Of a stretch of DNA of 64,000 nucleotides, positions 9,577 through 19,746 are shown piece by piece; position 1 is the stretch's first letter; each line of letters starts with the position of its first letter. The DNA is from Bacteroidales bacterium (GTDB lineage Bacteria > Bacteroidota > Bacteroidia > Bacteroidales > P3): contig JAFXUY010000063.1 in the NCBI GenBank assembly GCA_017524785.1, forward strand, positions 586 to 64,585, written 5' to 3'. The notes under the pieces are model-generated. The model was given only the letters and a program-made list of their open reading frames with translations, was not told the origin of the DNA and did no database searches. The position numbers and the translations under genes are program-made.

Positions 9577-10334
9577 CAGAAGTAAAGGCAAAGAAATTCC
9601 TTGGGCAACATTTCCTTACAGATGAGGGGATTGCAAAACATATCGTAGACAGCCTATCAGAGTCGTCACACAACGTGATAGAGATTGGGCCAGGGATGGG
9701 GGTACTTACTAAATACCTGATAACAAGGAATAATACCGACTTTCACGTGGTGGAAATCGACCGAGAATCGGTAGTTTACCTGCACAATCATTACCCCTCC
9801 TTGCATATAATTGAGGGTGACTTTCTAAAAATAGACTTATCTTCCTTATTCCAAGATACATATTCTATAATTGGAAACTTCCCGTACAACATATCGTCAC
9901 AGATACTTTTCAAGGTCTTCGACAACCGGAACAATGTCACTGAAGTGGTGGGCATGTTCCAGAAAGAGGTGGCTGAACGTGTCGCCGCAGGCCCTGGAAG
10001 CAAAACCTATGGCATTCTTTCTGTCTTGCTTTCTGCATTTTACAATATTGAATATCTATTTACAGTTAACGAGAATGTATTCAATCCTCCTCCCAAAGTA
10101 AAGTCAGCAGTCATACGGTTGACACGCAACAATGTGACAAAACTGGATTGCGACGAAAATCTGTTTGTACAAGTGGTGAAAGCTGGCTTCAACCAACGCC
10201 GCAAGACATTGCGTAATGCCCTGCGCCAATTAGGCCTATCTCTTGAAAACATACCGGCGGAACTGCTTGCCAAGCGCGCCGAACAGCTATCGGTATCCCA
10301 ATTTATCGAAATAACAAAAACCATACAATCATGA
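9573..10334 (+). CDS. rsmA: 16S rRNA (adenine1518/1519-N6)-dimethyltransferase
   Basis: KKFLGQHFL, VIEIGPGMGVLT and GNFPYNISS motifs. Confidence 0.93.
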   Translation: MTEVKAKKFLGQHFLTDEGIAKHIVDSLSESSHNVIEIGPGMGVLTKYLITRNNTDFHVVEIDRESVVYLHNHYPSLHIIEGDFLKIDLSSLFQDTYSIIGNFPYNISSQILFKVFDNRNNVTEVVGMFQKEVAERVAAGPGSKTYGILSVLLSAFYNIEYLFTVNENVFNPPPKVKSAVIRLTRNNVTKLDCDENLFVQVVKAGFNQRRKTLRNALRQLGLSLENIPAELLAKRAEQLSVSQFIEITKTIQS

Positions 10335-10909
10335 CAATAGCAGCCTATATAGTAGTGGCTTTGGCACTTTCTATTACCGATATGATACTGACCCGTCGTT
10401 GCGCAGAACCATTTCCCATTAGACTGTCGACAGGAATGGTAATGGCCCTCGCCATATCTGTGATCCAAACGATTCTTTATGTGACAGGAATGGCTATAGG
10501 CGACATGTTGAGACTGGAAAGCACCACCGACGCAAACATTTTCTCACGGCCTAATGCATATATAGCTCTCGGCCTGTTTATCATAGTGATTTTAAAACTT
10601 ATAATGCCATACCTACGACGTGAACCCAAATTGCAGGTGTTCAATCTGACAAACGCAAAGGCAGTGGTGGCCATGGCTGTTGCCACTGGAATAAACATGT
10701 TGCTCACCGGCCTTGCCATGGGTTTCTGTTCTCCGCTCTCGGGGCACTTTCACCTTGCAGTGTGGCCGCTGCTTGTTATGGCATTCCTATTTAGCTATTT
10801 AGGGATAATGTTTGGTCGGCAGAAAGTCAACATGAGACCACGCAGATGGATAATTGTAGCCAGTGTACTACTGCTTGGTACAGCGATAGCCGCAGTGGTA
10901 AATTCTTGA
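10331..10909 (+). CDS. integral membrane protein (about 6 TM; possibly MntP/DUF204-like)
   Basis: 192-aa hydrophobic ORF with an ATGA overlap with rsmA. The family call is weak. Confidence 0.55.
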   Translation: MTIAAYIVVALALSITDMILTRRCAEPFPIRLSTGMVMALAISVIQTILYVTGMAIGDMLRLESTTDANIFSRPNAYIALGLFIIVILKLIMPYLRREPKLQVFNLTNAKAVVAMAVATGINMLLTGLAMGFCSPLSGHFHLAVWPLLVMAFLFSYLGIMFGRQKVNMRPRRWIIVASVLLLGTAIAAVVNS

Positions 10910-10918
10910 TAGCATTAG

Positions 10919-12346
10919 CTATTCCTTCTTTTTACGGCTAACGACGCGACTGAAAAACCGGCGCCATGTTGCTATGTCAAATAGCGACGAGTCTGTTGTG
11001 GCTTGCAATGTCAGGAACAGACCTATGGGCAACATAACCAGCGACGATACCCACATGCCCTCAGGGCCCAATGCTGACTCACGCACTGCCTTCTCAGCAA
11101 TCATACCGACAACGTAATAAAGCACAAAGAATCCAACCGATGCTACCAAAGGCATGCCCAAACCTCCCTTGCGTACAATACTGCCAAACGGGGCACCAAT
11201 GAGAAATAGCAACAAACAAGCCACGGAAAGCGTGAATTTACGCTGTTTTTCAATCTCATGACGATTGATATATTCACGGTCAGCCTGAAGAATCTCGCCA
11301 TAGTTTTTGCTATCGGACACGGCCGACATAGCAATGAATTTGGCCCGATTATATACCTTGTCACGCTTAATAGGCATCATTTTATTCACCCTTCGCTGCA
11401 CATCCATTGCTGTATCGCCCCGCGCAATTTCAGGGTTACTGCGCAGCTTCTGCCACAGCTTCATATTACCTTCAATATCGCGATGGCAATCGGAATACCT
11501 CCTGGCAAGGTTTGAATCAAGATGCCGGACAGCATTATTCAACTGTTTGACATTCATCATCTGGTATCCGCCCTCGAAAAGATCTTCGGTACTGCGATTG
11601 TATGCAAACGATGAGATGTCAAATGATATTGTCTGCTGGCTGAACTTTACGGTAGTAAGAGGTCGTTTGTTGTAGTATTCACCTATAGTAGGCTCGCTGT
11701 AAGAATAGCCATCTATGAGCGAAAAGAGCAAGTAGCGATTGTCCATCGTAGTCTGCATGATGCCATTCTTCGCCACAATGACATTCGTCTCGGAGATTCC
11801 CTTCGAGTGGTCAAATATTATAACATCCTGCAGCGTTCGCCCATCTTGAGCCTTGCTGCCTACACGTATCACATAGCCATCTATATCCTTATAAAACTCG
11901 CCTGGACGGATGTTTACGGCCGGCTTTTTGCGCGTTACATCGTATAGAGTCATACGGTACCGCAACATGGCTTCTGGCATTACATTGTTGGCGAAATAAA
12001 AGGCCACACCCGTAAGCAGCAGGGCAACGATTGCCATTGGCCTCATAACACGGCCAATTGATATTCCGCCCGCCTTCATAGCCACAAGCTCATACTTCTC
12101 ACCGAAATTGCCCATGGTCATTATTGACGCAAAAAGGATGGCAATAGGGAGGGCCATCGGCACAAACGTCGCCGATGCATATAGCAACAACTCGGCTATA
12201 ATACCGAATTCCAACCCCTTACCCACCATATCGTCTATATACTTCCATACAAACTGCATCAACAGAACAAACACCGAAATGGAAAATGTCAGCAGCAGTG
12301 GCCCTAGGAACGAGCGAAGTATCAGACGATCGATCTTTTTCATCAC
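10919..12346 (-). CDS. LptF/LptG-family permease
   Basis: MMKKIDRLILRSFLGPLLLTFSISVFVLLMQFVWKYIDDMVGKGL N-terminus, a large periplasmic loop and C-terminal TM helices. Confidence 0.85.
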   Translation of the reverse strand: MMKKIDRLILRSFLGPLLLTFSISVFVLLMQFVWKYIDDMVGKGLEFGIIAELLLYASATFVPMALPIAILFASIMTMGNFGEKYELVAMKAGGISIGRVMRPMAIVALLLTGVAFYFANNVMPEAMLRYRMTLYDVTRKKPAVNIRPGEFYKDIDGYVIRVGSKAQDGRTLQDVIIFDHSKGISETNVIVAKNGIMQTTMDNRYLLFSLIDGYSYSEPTIGEYYNKRPLTTVKFSQQTISFDISSFAYNRSTEDLFEGGYQMMNVKQLNNAVRHLDSNLARRYSDCHRDIEGNMKLWQKLRSNPEIARGDTAMDVQRRVNKMMPIKRDKVYNRAKFIAMSAVSDSKNYGEILQADREYINRHEIEKQRKFTLSVACLLLFLIGAPFGSIVRKGGLGMPLVASVGFFVLYYVVGMIAEKAVRESALGPEGMWVSSLVMLPIGLFLTLQATTDSSLFDIATWRRFFSRVVSRKKKE

Positions 12347-13758
12347 ATGAGACCTATCAGTCGCAAAACATCATTACCATTGGCGATAATCATCAGTGCC
12401 AGCAAAAGGAAGAGACCAATATTCTGCACCACAGAGAGGAACTTTTCCGATGGCTTGCGACCGGTAATCATCTCCCAAAGCGTGAACATCACGTGACCAC
12501 CATCAAGGCCAGGGATGGGTATAATATTCATGAATGCCAATATCAATGCAAGCAGTGCAGTAATATCCCAGAAGGCATGCCAGTCCCAATATGGTGGGAA
12601 AATACTACCCATAGTGATGAAACCTCCAAGATTGCGAGCCCCTCCAGGCGAGAAAAGAATCTTGAGCGAGGTAACATATGTCACCAACGTCTTCCAGCCG
12701 TGGCTGATGCCTGCCGGAATAGCCTGCCAGAACGTATAATCACGGTGACGGTAACCCTTGAAAAGATGCGAGATATCGGTCTCGGGATAGACACCTATTG
12801 TCGCACTCTCGCTTACATACACAGGCAGCTGCATATAATTGCCTGCACGGTAAAAGCCTACCTTTACTGTGTCTTCCTTATGCTGTTTGAAAACCGCTGT
12901 GATGTCAGAGAATGCCGTCATCATTGTGTCGTTAACACTGACCAAACTGTCGCCACCCATCAAGCCCGCCTTTTCGGCATTGGAGCCAGAGACCAACGAT
13001 TTGACCACAAATGGCATGCGGGCAGTCATGATACTCTTGGGAGATTCCCGATTGATACGCTCTATCAGGCCGGCACTGATGGATATGTTGACCAATGAAT
13101 CACCACGAAGTACAGTAACCTCTCGTGGATTACTGAGCAGCACCGCTGTGGTGGCATCTGCAAACTCATACATATCCTTGCCATCGACAGCATATATAAT
13201 ATCACCGTTTCGGAAGCCCTCGTCAAGCATCACCTCGTGATAGTCATAGCCCAACGATGCCTCACGCAACGGCAGCTCATCCTTGCCCCAATGTGAAAAG
13301 ACACATGCATATAACAACAAGGCAGACAAGAAGTTGACCAAAATACCTCCGCAAATAATCAGCAACCGCTGCCATGCAGGCTTTGTACGGTATTCCCACG
13401 GCTGCGGGGTGCTCTCAAGGTCATCGGCACTCTTGGTCTCGTCAACCATACCGGCAATGTCGCAATATCCGCCAAGCGGAATCCAACCCAAGCCCCACAA
13501 GGTGTTGTCCTGGTCTTCGGGAGCAAGATTCTTCTCGTCCCAACTATCAGGAGTCTTTCCATTGAAGAAGAGGAAATGCCATTTGCCACCGAACTTCTTG
13601 GCTTTGATGATAGAGAACTTCCAATTGAAGAATATATAGTATCTGCGTACGCGCGTGCGGAAAAGCTTGGCAAAAGCCAAATGCCCCAACTCATGGGTGG
13701 CCACAAGCAATGTGAGGCTCAACAAAAGCGCGGAAATTTTTATCAGCGTAGGGCTCAT
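12343..13758 (-). CDS. rseP: RIP metalloprotease RseP (site-2 protease)
   Basis: HELGHL zinc motif in the first TM region, a PDZ-like middle and a C-terminal NIIPIPGLDGGH motif. Confidence 0.88.
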   Translation of the reverse strand: MSPTLIKISALLLSLTLLVATHELGHLAFAKLFRTRVRRYYIFFNWKFSIIKAKKFGGKWHFLFFNGKTPDSWDEKNLAPEDQDNTLWGLGWIPLGGYCDIAGMVDETKSADDLESTPQPWEYRTKPAWQRLLIICGGILVNFLSALLLYACVFSHWGKDELPLREASLGYDYHEVMLDEGFRNGDIIYAVDGKDMYEFADATTAVLLSNPREVTVLRGDSLVNISISAGLIERINRESPKSIMTARMPFVVKSLVSGSNAEKAGLMGGDSLVSVNDTMMTAFSDITAVFKQHKEDTVKVGFYRAGNYMQLPVYVSESATIGVYPETDISHLFKGYRHRDYTFWQAIPAGISHGWKTLVTYVTSLKILFSPGGARNLGGFITMGSIFPPYWDWHAFWDITALLALILAFMNIIPIPGLDGGHVMFTLWEMITGRKPSEKFLSVVQNIGLFLLLALMIIANGNDVLRLIGLM

Positions 13759-14882
13759 TTACTACGTGTTATTTTATCGGATTCAAACAAATCGTAAAGT
13801 GTAGGATTGGATATAAATTGTGCAGTCTGCATGGCATGCTCCACATAGTCGGCAATGCCAAGAAAACTAATCTTTCCTTCAATAAAACGCTGTACTGCAA
13901 CTTCATTTGCAGCATTCATTACACAAGGCAAGTTACCACCTTTATCTATAGCCCGATAAGCAAGTTCGAGGCAACGGAAGGTCTGACGGTCTGGTTTTTC
14001 AAACGTTAACGAAGGATAATCGGCAAAGTTCAGACGTGGCACATGACTTTCTATTCGCTCGGGGAAAGAAAAAGCAAACTGAATGGGTGTTTCCATGGTG
14101 GGCACTCCCAGTTGGGCCTTGATACTGCCATCTTGGAACTGAACCATCGAGTGTACCACCGACTGCGGATGCACCAGAACCTCAATATCCTTTGCATCGA
14201 CACCGAAAAGCCATTTGGCCTCGATAACCTCAAGCCCCTTGTTCATAAGGCTTGCCGAGTCGATTGTAACCTTGCGACCCATGCTCCAGTTTGGATGTTT
14301 CAACGCCTGTTCAAGGGTGACTGACTCCAACTGTTCACGTTTCATCCCACGGAACGGACCACCACTGGCAGTAAGTAATATCTTGTCTATGGGGCTAACT
14401 TCGCCTATAAGGCTTTGGAATATTGCCGAATGCTCGCTGTCGACTGGGAATATTGGTGCGTGATGCCTTGCTGCAGTGGCTGTTACAATAGCACCAGCCA
14501 CAACCATAGTCTCTTTGTTGGCCAAGGCCACAGCTTTGCCGCACTCCAACGCCCGGAGAGTCGGCCTCAATCCAGCAAAACCTACAATGGCAGCAAGAAC
14601 CATGTCGACACTTTCCATCTCCATAAGGTCTACCATTGAACTCTCGCCTGCAAACACCTTGATGTTACTGTCTGTCAGCGCATCCCTAACTTGACTGTAT
14701 TTATTTTCATCGGCTATCACTACGGCATTGGGTTCAAACTCCTTAGCTTGTTTTACAAGCAAATCGGCATTGCTACCAGCACAAAGCACCTCTACCGCAA
14801 ACAAATCGCGGTGGCGTCTTATGACGTTGAGGGCCTGTGTGCCTATCGACCCTGTCGAACCAAGTATTGCTATATGTTTCAA
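13755..14882 (-). CDS. dxr: 1-deoxy-D-xylulose 5-phosphate reductoisomerase
   Basis: KHIAILGSTGSIGTQALNV start. The start codon appears to be TTG (14882-14880), 2 nt after the upstream stop. Confidence 0.92.
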   Translation of the reverse strand: MKHIAILGSTGSIGTQALNVIRRHRDLFAVEVLCAGSNADLLVKQAKEFEPNAVVIADENKYSQVRDALTDSNIKVFAGESSMVDLMEMESVDMVLAAIVGFAGLRPTLRALECGKAVALANKETMVVAGAIVTATAARHHAPIFPVDSEHSAIFQSLIGEVSPIDKILLTASGGPFRGMKREQLESVTLEQALKHPNWSMGRKVTIDSASLMNKGLEVIEAKWLFGVDAKDIEVLVHPQSVVHSMVQFQDGSIKAQLGVPTMETPIQFAFSFPERIESHVPRLNFADYPSLTFEKPDRQTFRCLELAYRAIDKGGNLPCVMNAANEVAVQRFIEGKISFLGIADYVEHAMQTAQFISNPTLYDLFESDKITRSK

Positions 14883-14883
14883 A

Positions 14884-15813
14884 TCAGAATGCTATATATT
14901 CTTCTGGATTGACGGGCGAGCCGTTAACCCACACTTCAAGATGCAGATACGGACCAATCTCCCGCTTGTGGCCGGTACCGACATATGCTATCGGCTCACC
15001 GGCACGTACTGCGTCACCTTGATGTTTCAGTAGTGCACTGTTGTTACGGTATACTGTAATCACACCTGCAGGATGCTGCAAGGCAACTACATATCCCGTC
15101 TCTGCCGTAAAACCTGCAAATATCACCGTCCCGCTATATGCGGCATTCACCGGTGTGTTGTTTGCTGCCGAGATATCTACACCATAGTGACGTTCGGCAG
15201 CATTGTACTGCGTCACTATGTTACCTTTCAGCGGAGCGAAGAATAGGTGCGTAACCACCGGCTGCACATCGGCTGTGGCCGTAGCCTGTGGGGTCTTCTG
15301 TTTCACCTGATAACGGTTATCCTCGTTCTCCACATCCATCCTCAACAGGCTGTCCTCTTTCGAATGCTTATAGGCTTTGGCAGCCACTGCTATGGTTGAT
15401 GCACTATCGGCAACAGCTTTCTCAAAATCTGCACCTATCTGTTCACCTTTAAGCACTGCCTGCATGGTGGCAATCATCCACTCCTGATTGTCCAGCATCA
15501 CTTCCAGCGAATCTATCTTCTTGGCATTGACATAGGTCTGCTCAACCATCTCGGTGTCGGTATATCCAGGAATATACTCGCGCAGCGGAGTGAATGCAAT
15601 AAGCACTGTGGTAAGGACAATGAGCACTATGACGGTGACGCCAATGGTGACAAAAAGGTTGATTCCCGACAGCTGGAAGGAGAATTTTTCCTTGAAGGTG
15701 TCGGTATCCATCACCACGAAGCGATGTTTGTGCTTGATGACATCGCCCAGCGGTGTTCCCTTAATCTTCAGCCACCAATCTTTTAGTCCCATCAAAGTCT
15801 GTTTGAAAGACAA
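14884..15813 (-). CDS. M23-family peptidase (membrane-anchored)
   Basis: C-terminal HYGVDI...GTGHKREIGPYLHLEVWVNGSPVNPEEY LytM/M23 signature. The start is either TTG 15813 or ATG 15792. Confidence 0.85.
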   Translation of the reverse strand: MSFKQTLMGLKDWWLKIKGTPLGDVIKHKHRFVVMDTDTFKEKFSFQLSGINLFVTIGVTVIVLIVLTTVLIAFTPLREYIPGYTDTEMVEQTYVNAKKIDSLEVMLDNQEWMIATMQAVLKGEQIGADFEKAVADSASTIAVAAKAYKHSKEDSLLRMDVENEDNRYQVKQKTPQATATADVQPVVTHLFFAPLKGNIVTQYNAAERHYGVDISAANNTPVNAAYSGTVIFAGFTAETGYVVALQHPAGVITVYRNNSALLKHQGDAVRAGEPIAYVGTGHKREIGPYLHLEVWVNGSPVNPEEYIAF

Positions 15814-15881
15814 ATGATGAATGATGAACAGCGCCTACAGCGGTTGTCCACCATTCATCATTTACCACTCATCATTCTCTA

Positions 15882-17990
15882 TTAGAAGAATTTGTTACGT
15901 TGGTCGGTAATCTTGGCAGCATCGCGAAGCACTTGGGTGAGCATGCGCGATTTGTTGCGGTAGCCCTGCTCCATGCGGGCCTTCACTGCAGCGTCGTCAA
16001 CAGCCTTCGGGGCCTTGCTGTCAATTTGAACCATATAAACGCCACTGGCACCCTTAACGGGACCAACCAAGCCGTTTTCGTTGGCGGCAATGGCCGACAA
16101 AACTTTAGGCTCCATGCCATAACGGCCAAAGTAGAAGTCGTTGAACGACACACTGTCCATGGTATCGACAGCCACATTGAGCTTCACGGCAATCGAGGCA
16201 ATGTCATTGACAGCCTTTACAGCCTCGTCGGCACGGGCCATCAGCAGCTCGCCTTTCTTCTCAAGGCGCACGGGCTGTTCTATCATAGGACGCACCTGGT
16301 CAAGGGTGGCGTAACCTTTCTTGAGCACATCTTTGAGTGCGACAACAACATACATGCCGTCGCAGGAATACACCTGGTCGGCCACGGCACCAATCTTGGT
16401 GTCCTCGTTGTAGGCCCACTGCACTATGCTGCGGGCATTGTTCACGCCCGAGATGTTGTTCGACATCATGTTGACACGTGCACTGCGCACCTGCATGTTC
16501 TCCTGCTGGGCAGCAGCGGTAAATTCGGCGGCCGTGCGGTTCTGACCGGCAAAACGGCGGGCGGCCTCGTGGGCGGCCTTGTCGGTAGCGGACGACGGTA
16601 GTATCTGACGAGCCACAAGAGCCACACGGTACTTCTTGGCGGGAGTGGTCTTTTCAGTCACCTTCACGATGAAGTAACCCACACCCTGCGGGTGCTCGAA
16701 CAAGAAGCAACCTCCGACAGGAGTATTGACAATGTCTTCGTTCAGGAAGCCGTAGCCACCATCAAGCTGCCAGTTCATGTCGCCTTTGGTATCACCCTTC
16801 TGGGGGTCGTCGCTATACTGCTCCACAGCCTGCTCGAAGCTCATCTTGTTACCTTTCACCAAAGCAAGCACGCTGTCGGCCAACTGCTTGGCCTGGTCGT
16901 TGCTGCGGGTAATCTGGCCACCGGCATTGCTGTTGAGAATGTAGATGACGCTGGCGCGCAGCGAATCGGGACGCATGGCGGCACCAAGCACCTTGGCCAT
17001 CTGCCATTCGTTGCCAACCATCACAGGGGCTATCAGCGAACCAGCAGTCGAAGCGGCAATCTGCTCATCGAGGGGGGCCTTGAAGTTGGTTGAACGCACA
17101 TAGCTGGAGTCATACGGACGGTCCGACTCGGCATTCACGAAGAAAGCAATTTCGTCGTCCGGGGTGGTCTGGAACTCTTCCCACACCGAGTTCACCTGAG
17201 CCTCGATGTCGGCAAGGTCCTGCTGTGTGGGTATCACCGGGAAGGTAATGAAGTCGATGTCGCGATACTCCTCGGGCACACGGAACTCAGCCTTGTGCTG
17301 CTCGTAGTAGTTCTGATAGTCGGCCTCTGCCACAGTGACCTCTTCGTCGCTCACGCTCTGGAAGGGCAGTGCCACAACTTTCACGTTAGCCACGCTGCTA
17401 CCATACTCGGCAACCTTCTTGGCGATAGCGCTAGGCATATAGAAACCAGACTCGATAAGAGTGCTGTACTTCTGTGCCTCGCGGTCACGCTTCACATATT
17501 TCTCCAGTTCAACCCACTGCATGCGACGCATGGTGTCGAGCTGATTAAAGTTCTCAATCCAATAGTTGACCTGGCGCAGGTCGAATTGACCGGTCGACGG
17601 ATCGGTGAACGACTGGCGGACATAGGGGTGAATGAAAGAACCTGTGTACATGTCGTTGACCTCGGCGGGGGTAACCTTAAGGCCAAGTTTTGCTGTCTGC
17701 TCTTCCATGAGGCTCTCGTCGACAAACTGCTGCCACACCTGCTCGCGAATCTGCATCTCCATCTCGGAGGGCACCTGTGCGGTCTGCTGCTGCATCTTGT
17801 AGTTGTCTTCCATCTCTGTGACCAGCTCGTTGAAGCGCTGCGAGGTCATCGTCTCGCCATTGACAACACCCACATCGGGTATGCCTCCACGATTCTTGGT
17901 AAGGTCACCAAGAATGAAAGCCAAAATGGCCACACCGACAATCGTCACAGCCACCCACGAGTGTTTTCTAATACTTCCAATAATTCCCAT
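15882..17990 (-). CDS. PpiD-like periplasmic chaperone / peptidylprolyl isomerase
   Basis: 702 aa with N-terminal anchor MGIIGSIRKHSWVAVTIVGVAILAFILG and a SurA-N-like region, as in PpiD. Confidence 0.78.
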   Translation of the reverse strand: MGIIGSIRKHSWVAVTIVGVAILAFILGDLTKNRGGIPDVGVVNGETMTSQRFNELVTEMEDNYKMQQQTAQVPSEMEMQIREQVWQQFVDESLMEEQTAKLGLKVTPAEVNDMYTGSFIHPYVRQSFTDPSTGQFDLRQVNYWIENFNQLDTMRRMQWVELEKYVKRDREAQKYSTLIESGFYMPSAIAKKVAEYGSSVANVKVVALPFQSVSDEEVTVAEADYQNYYEQHKAEFRVPEEYRDIDFITFPVIPTQQDLADIEAQVNSVWEEFQTTPDDEIAFFVNAESDRPYDSSYVRSTNFKAPLDEQIAASTAGSLIAPVMVGNEWQMAKVLGAAMRPDSLRASVIYILNSNAGGQITRSNDQAKQLADSVLALVKGNKMSFEQAVEQYSDDPQKGDTKGDMNWQLDGGYGFLNEDIVNTPVGGCFLFEHPQGVGYFIVKVTEKTTPAKKYRVALVARQILPSSATDKAAHEAARRFAGQNRTAAEFTAAAQQENMQVRSARVNMMSNNISGVNNARSIVQWAYNEDTKIGAVADQVYSCDGMYVVVALKDVLKKGYATLDQVRPMIEQPVRLEKKGELLMARADEAVKAVNDIASIAVKLNVAVDTMDSVSFNDFYFGRYGMEPKVLSAIAANENGLVGPVKGASGVYMVQIDSKAPKAVDDAAVKARMEQGYRNKSRMLTQVLRDAAKITDQRNKFF

Positions 17991-18047
17991 TTCTGTAAGG
18001 TTTGTTTAGTTTTTATTGTTATTATATTTTTTCATTAAAAAAGCGTG

Positions 18048-18055
18048 CAAAAATA
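18048..18055 (-). promoter_or_regulatory. -7 promoter box TATTTTTG upstream of the PpiD-like gene
   Basis: The reverse complement of CAAAAATA matches TAnnTTTG. Confidence 0.55.
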
Positions 18056-18206
18056 CAAAGAAAAACTGTAGTGAAAAAATTTTTTTGCCCTTATAGCACT
18101 GCCTCGCGGCCAAACACGCACATTTTCAGCCACTAACAAACACCAACTTTTAACTGCCGCCAAGCTTATACTTGTCGTTATAGACTGTTTTTTTCGACCT
18201 TTTGTG

Positions 18207-18677
18207 CTAAAAATCAAACGAGAATGGAAGCAGGTCGGCCACCTTTCCAAACACCCTCACGCGACCGTCATTTATGTAGCAAATCACACGCATCGGATGC
18301 CCCTGTCTCTGTTCATATTCTATCATCACCTGACGGCAGGCGCCGCACGGCGACGCCTCGCAGTATTCGCCGTCTTCGTTGAGTCCCACAATGGCCAGTG
18401 CGTCATAGTCACGATTGTCGGGATATTGCGCCGAGGCAGCAAAGATAGCCGTGCGTTCGGCACACAATCCCGACGGATATGCCGCATTCTCCTGGTTTGT
18501 ACCGTTTACAACCAAGCCGTTGGTCAGACGCAGTGCGGCTCCCACAGAGAAGTGGGAATAGGGGGCGTATGCTTTCCGCGCAACAGCCATTGCGCTGTCT
18601 ATAAGGGCTCTGTCGTCAGGCTGCAGGGCGTTCACCGAATCAAATTCGTCATAGTCAATCGTTATCTGCTGTCTCAT
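18207..18677 (-). CDS. cdd: cytidine deaminase
   Basis: CAERTAIF and PCGACRQ zinc-binding motifs. Confidence 0.9.
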   Translation of the reverse strand: MRQQITIDYDEFDSVNALQPDDRALIDSAMAVARKAYAPYSHFSVGAALRLTNGLVVNGTNQENAAYPSGLCAERTAIFAASAQYPDNRDYDALAIVGLNEDGEYCEASPCGACRQVMIEYEQRQGHPMRVICYINDGRVRVFGKVADLLPFSFDF

Positions 18678-19285
18678 ATTTCCATGTTTTCTAAATAGTT
18701 CCTCGCCTCTGGACCAATGTTCATCAGCAAGTCCACCACACTGAGGTTGGGTGTGAATGGTATCCTGTCGGCAAACACTTGATAGTAAGGCTTCATCCCC
18801 TCAACGGGGTAGGGCTTCTTCGGAGTGAATCGGCTGCGGTAGTCTTCGCCCTCGCCGCTCTCCGGGTGGTAATCGGTGGTGTGCATCAGCCTGCACGGCA
18901 CCTTGATTTTTGCCAATATCCATGCCATCACGGCATCGTTCAAGTCAACCAACCGCTCGTAGTGCTGCGACAGCAACGCCTCGAGGTCGTCGCTGTAGTA
19001 CATAAAATAGGGCGATGCAGAGTATGCCGCTGTAAGAGTGCGCATGTGCACCACATTCCACCTATCTTTATAGTCTATGCACACCTCTTCGGTGCGGCTG
19101 TGATTCGAGCGCACTACGGGCACCGTCAACATTCGCACACCTCCGGCAGTCATTATCTCCATCCGGTTGCGATAGGTCTGTTTCGGGAAGGTCTCCTTCA
19201 CCTCTACATCCGCCTCCGCACAACGCACCAACGCGGCCATATAGGCTATCGGAGGGAAATAGGCTGTGCTGAACAGCGGCGTCAT
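18674..19285 (-). CDS. WbqC-family protein
   Basis: MTPLFSTAYFPPIAYMAALV start. The longer Arg/Gly-rich extension to 19498 overlaps the upstream gene and is rejected. ATGA coupling at both ends. Confidence 0.72.
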   Translation of the reverse strand: MTPLFSTAYFPPIAYMAALVRCAEADVEVKETFPKQTYRNRMEIMTAGGVRMLTVPVVRSNHSRTEEVCIDYKDRWNVVHMRTLTAAYSASPYFMYYSDDLEALLSQHYERLVDLNDAVMAWILAKIKVPCRLMHTTDYHPESGEGEDYRSRFTPKKPYPVEGMKPYYQVFADRIPFTPNLSVVDLLMNIGPEARNYLENMEI

Positions 19286-19695
19286 GCACCCATCACAATT
19301 GATACCAGCTCGTCTTCGACCATGAAGAAGTCGATGTTGCCTTCGGGGAAGCTCACACGGCGCTCGCCCCAGTCTTCTTCGTCCACATCCTGCTCGACAT
19401 AGCCGTTCTTCACCATCATCTCCACTATCTGCCGCTCGTCCAGGTCGAACACCTCCTTGCCCATGAGGGTGCTTTCCTCGTTTTCCACATCGATGCATGC
19501 CAACGTGGGGTTCTCGCCTTCGAAGAAGAGCACCAGTCCCAGCTCGTTGTAGCGCAACACCGTGGTAGGCTCGTCGGCGGCATTGTCGATGTTTTCCACT
19601 TCGTCGGCTTCTCCCAGCAGAGCCGATACCTCTTCCACCGGCATCTTGAAACGCAGGTCGCCTATGCCTTCTTTGATACTTATTGCAAAGTTCAT
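19282..19695 (-). CDS. hypothetical acidic protein
   Basis: ATG at 19695 (MNFAISIKEG). A TATCTTTG box at 19715-19722 (reverse) lies inside the longer ORF, so the shorter start is preferred. Confidence 0.55.
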   Translation of the reverse strand: MNFAISIKEGIGDLRFKMPVEEVSALLGEADEVENIDNAADEPTTVLRYNELGLVLFFEGENPTLACIDVENEESTLMGKEVFDLDERQIVEMMVKNGYVEQDVDEEDWGERRVSFPEGNIDFFMVEDELVSIVMGA

Positions 19696-19746
19696 ATCAT
19701 TTGGAATTTTTGTGCAAAGATACGGACTTTTTTCCAACCGCGCAAA

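Noticed and set aside
12286-13098. 270-aa plus-strand ORF overlapping the LptF/G and rseP junction. Similar antisense ORFs occur at 15900-16601, 17295-18038, 20440-21225, 21442-22293, 46705-47628, 52712-53329 and 56666-57835.
   Set aside because: Each is antisense to or out of frame with a confidently identified housekeeping gene and shows no motifs.
18674-19498. Long N-terminal extensions offered by the ORF track. Examples are 19498 for the WbqC-family gene, 36248 for xer, 59670 for the CarboxypepD_reg-like gene, 60548 for the fused sigma gene, 48346 for smpB, 47817 for lysC, 3352 for purD and 3804 for pyrK.
   Set aside because: The extensions use TTG or GTG starts, overlap the upstream gene, or contain the gene's own TAnnTTTG promoter box. 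In each case an internal ATG gives the canonical family N-terminus.
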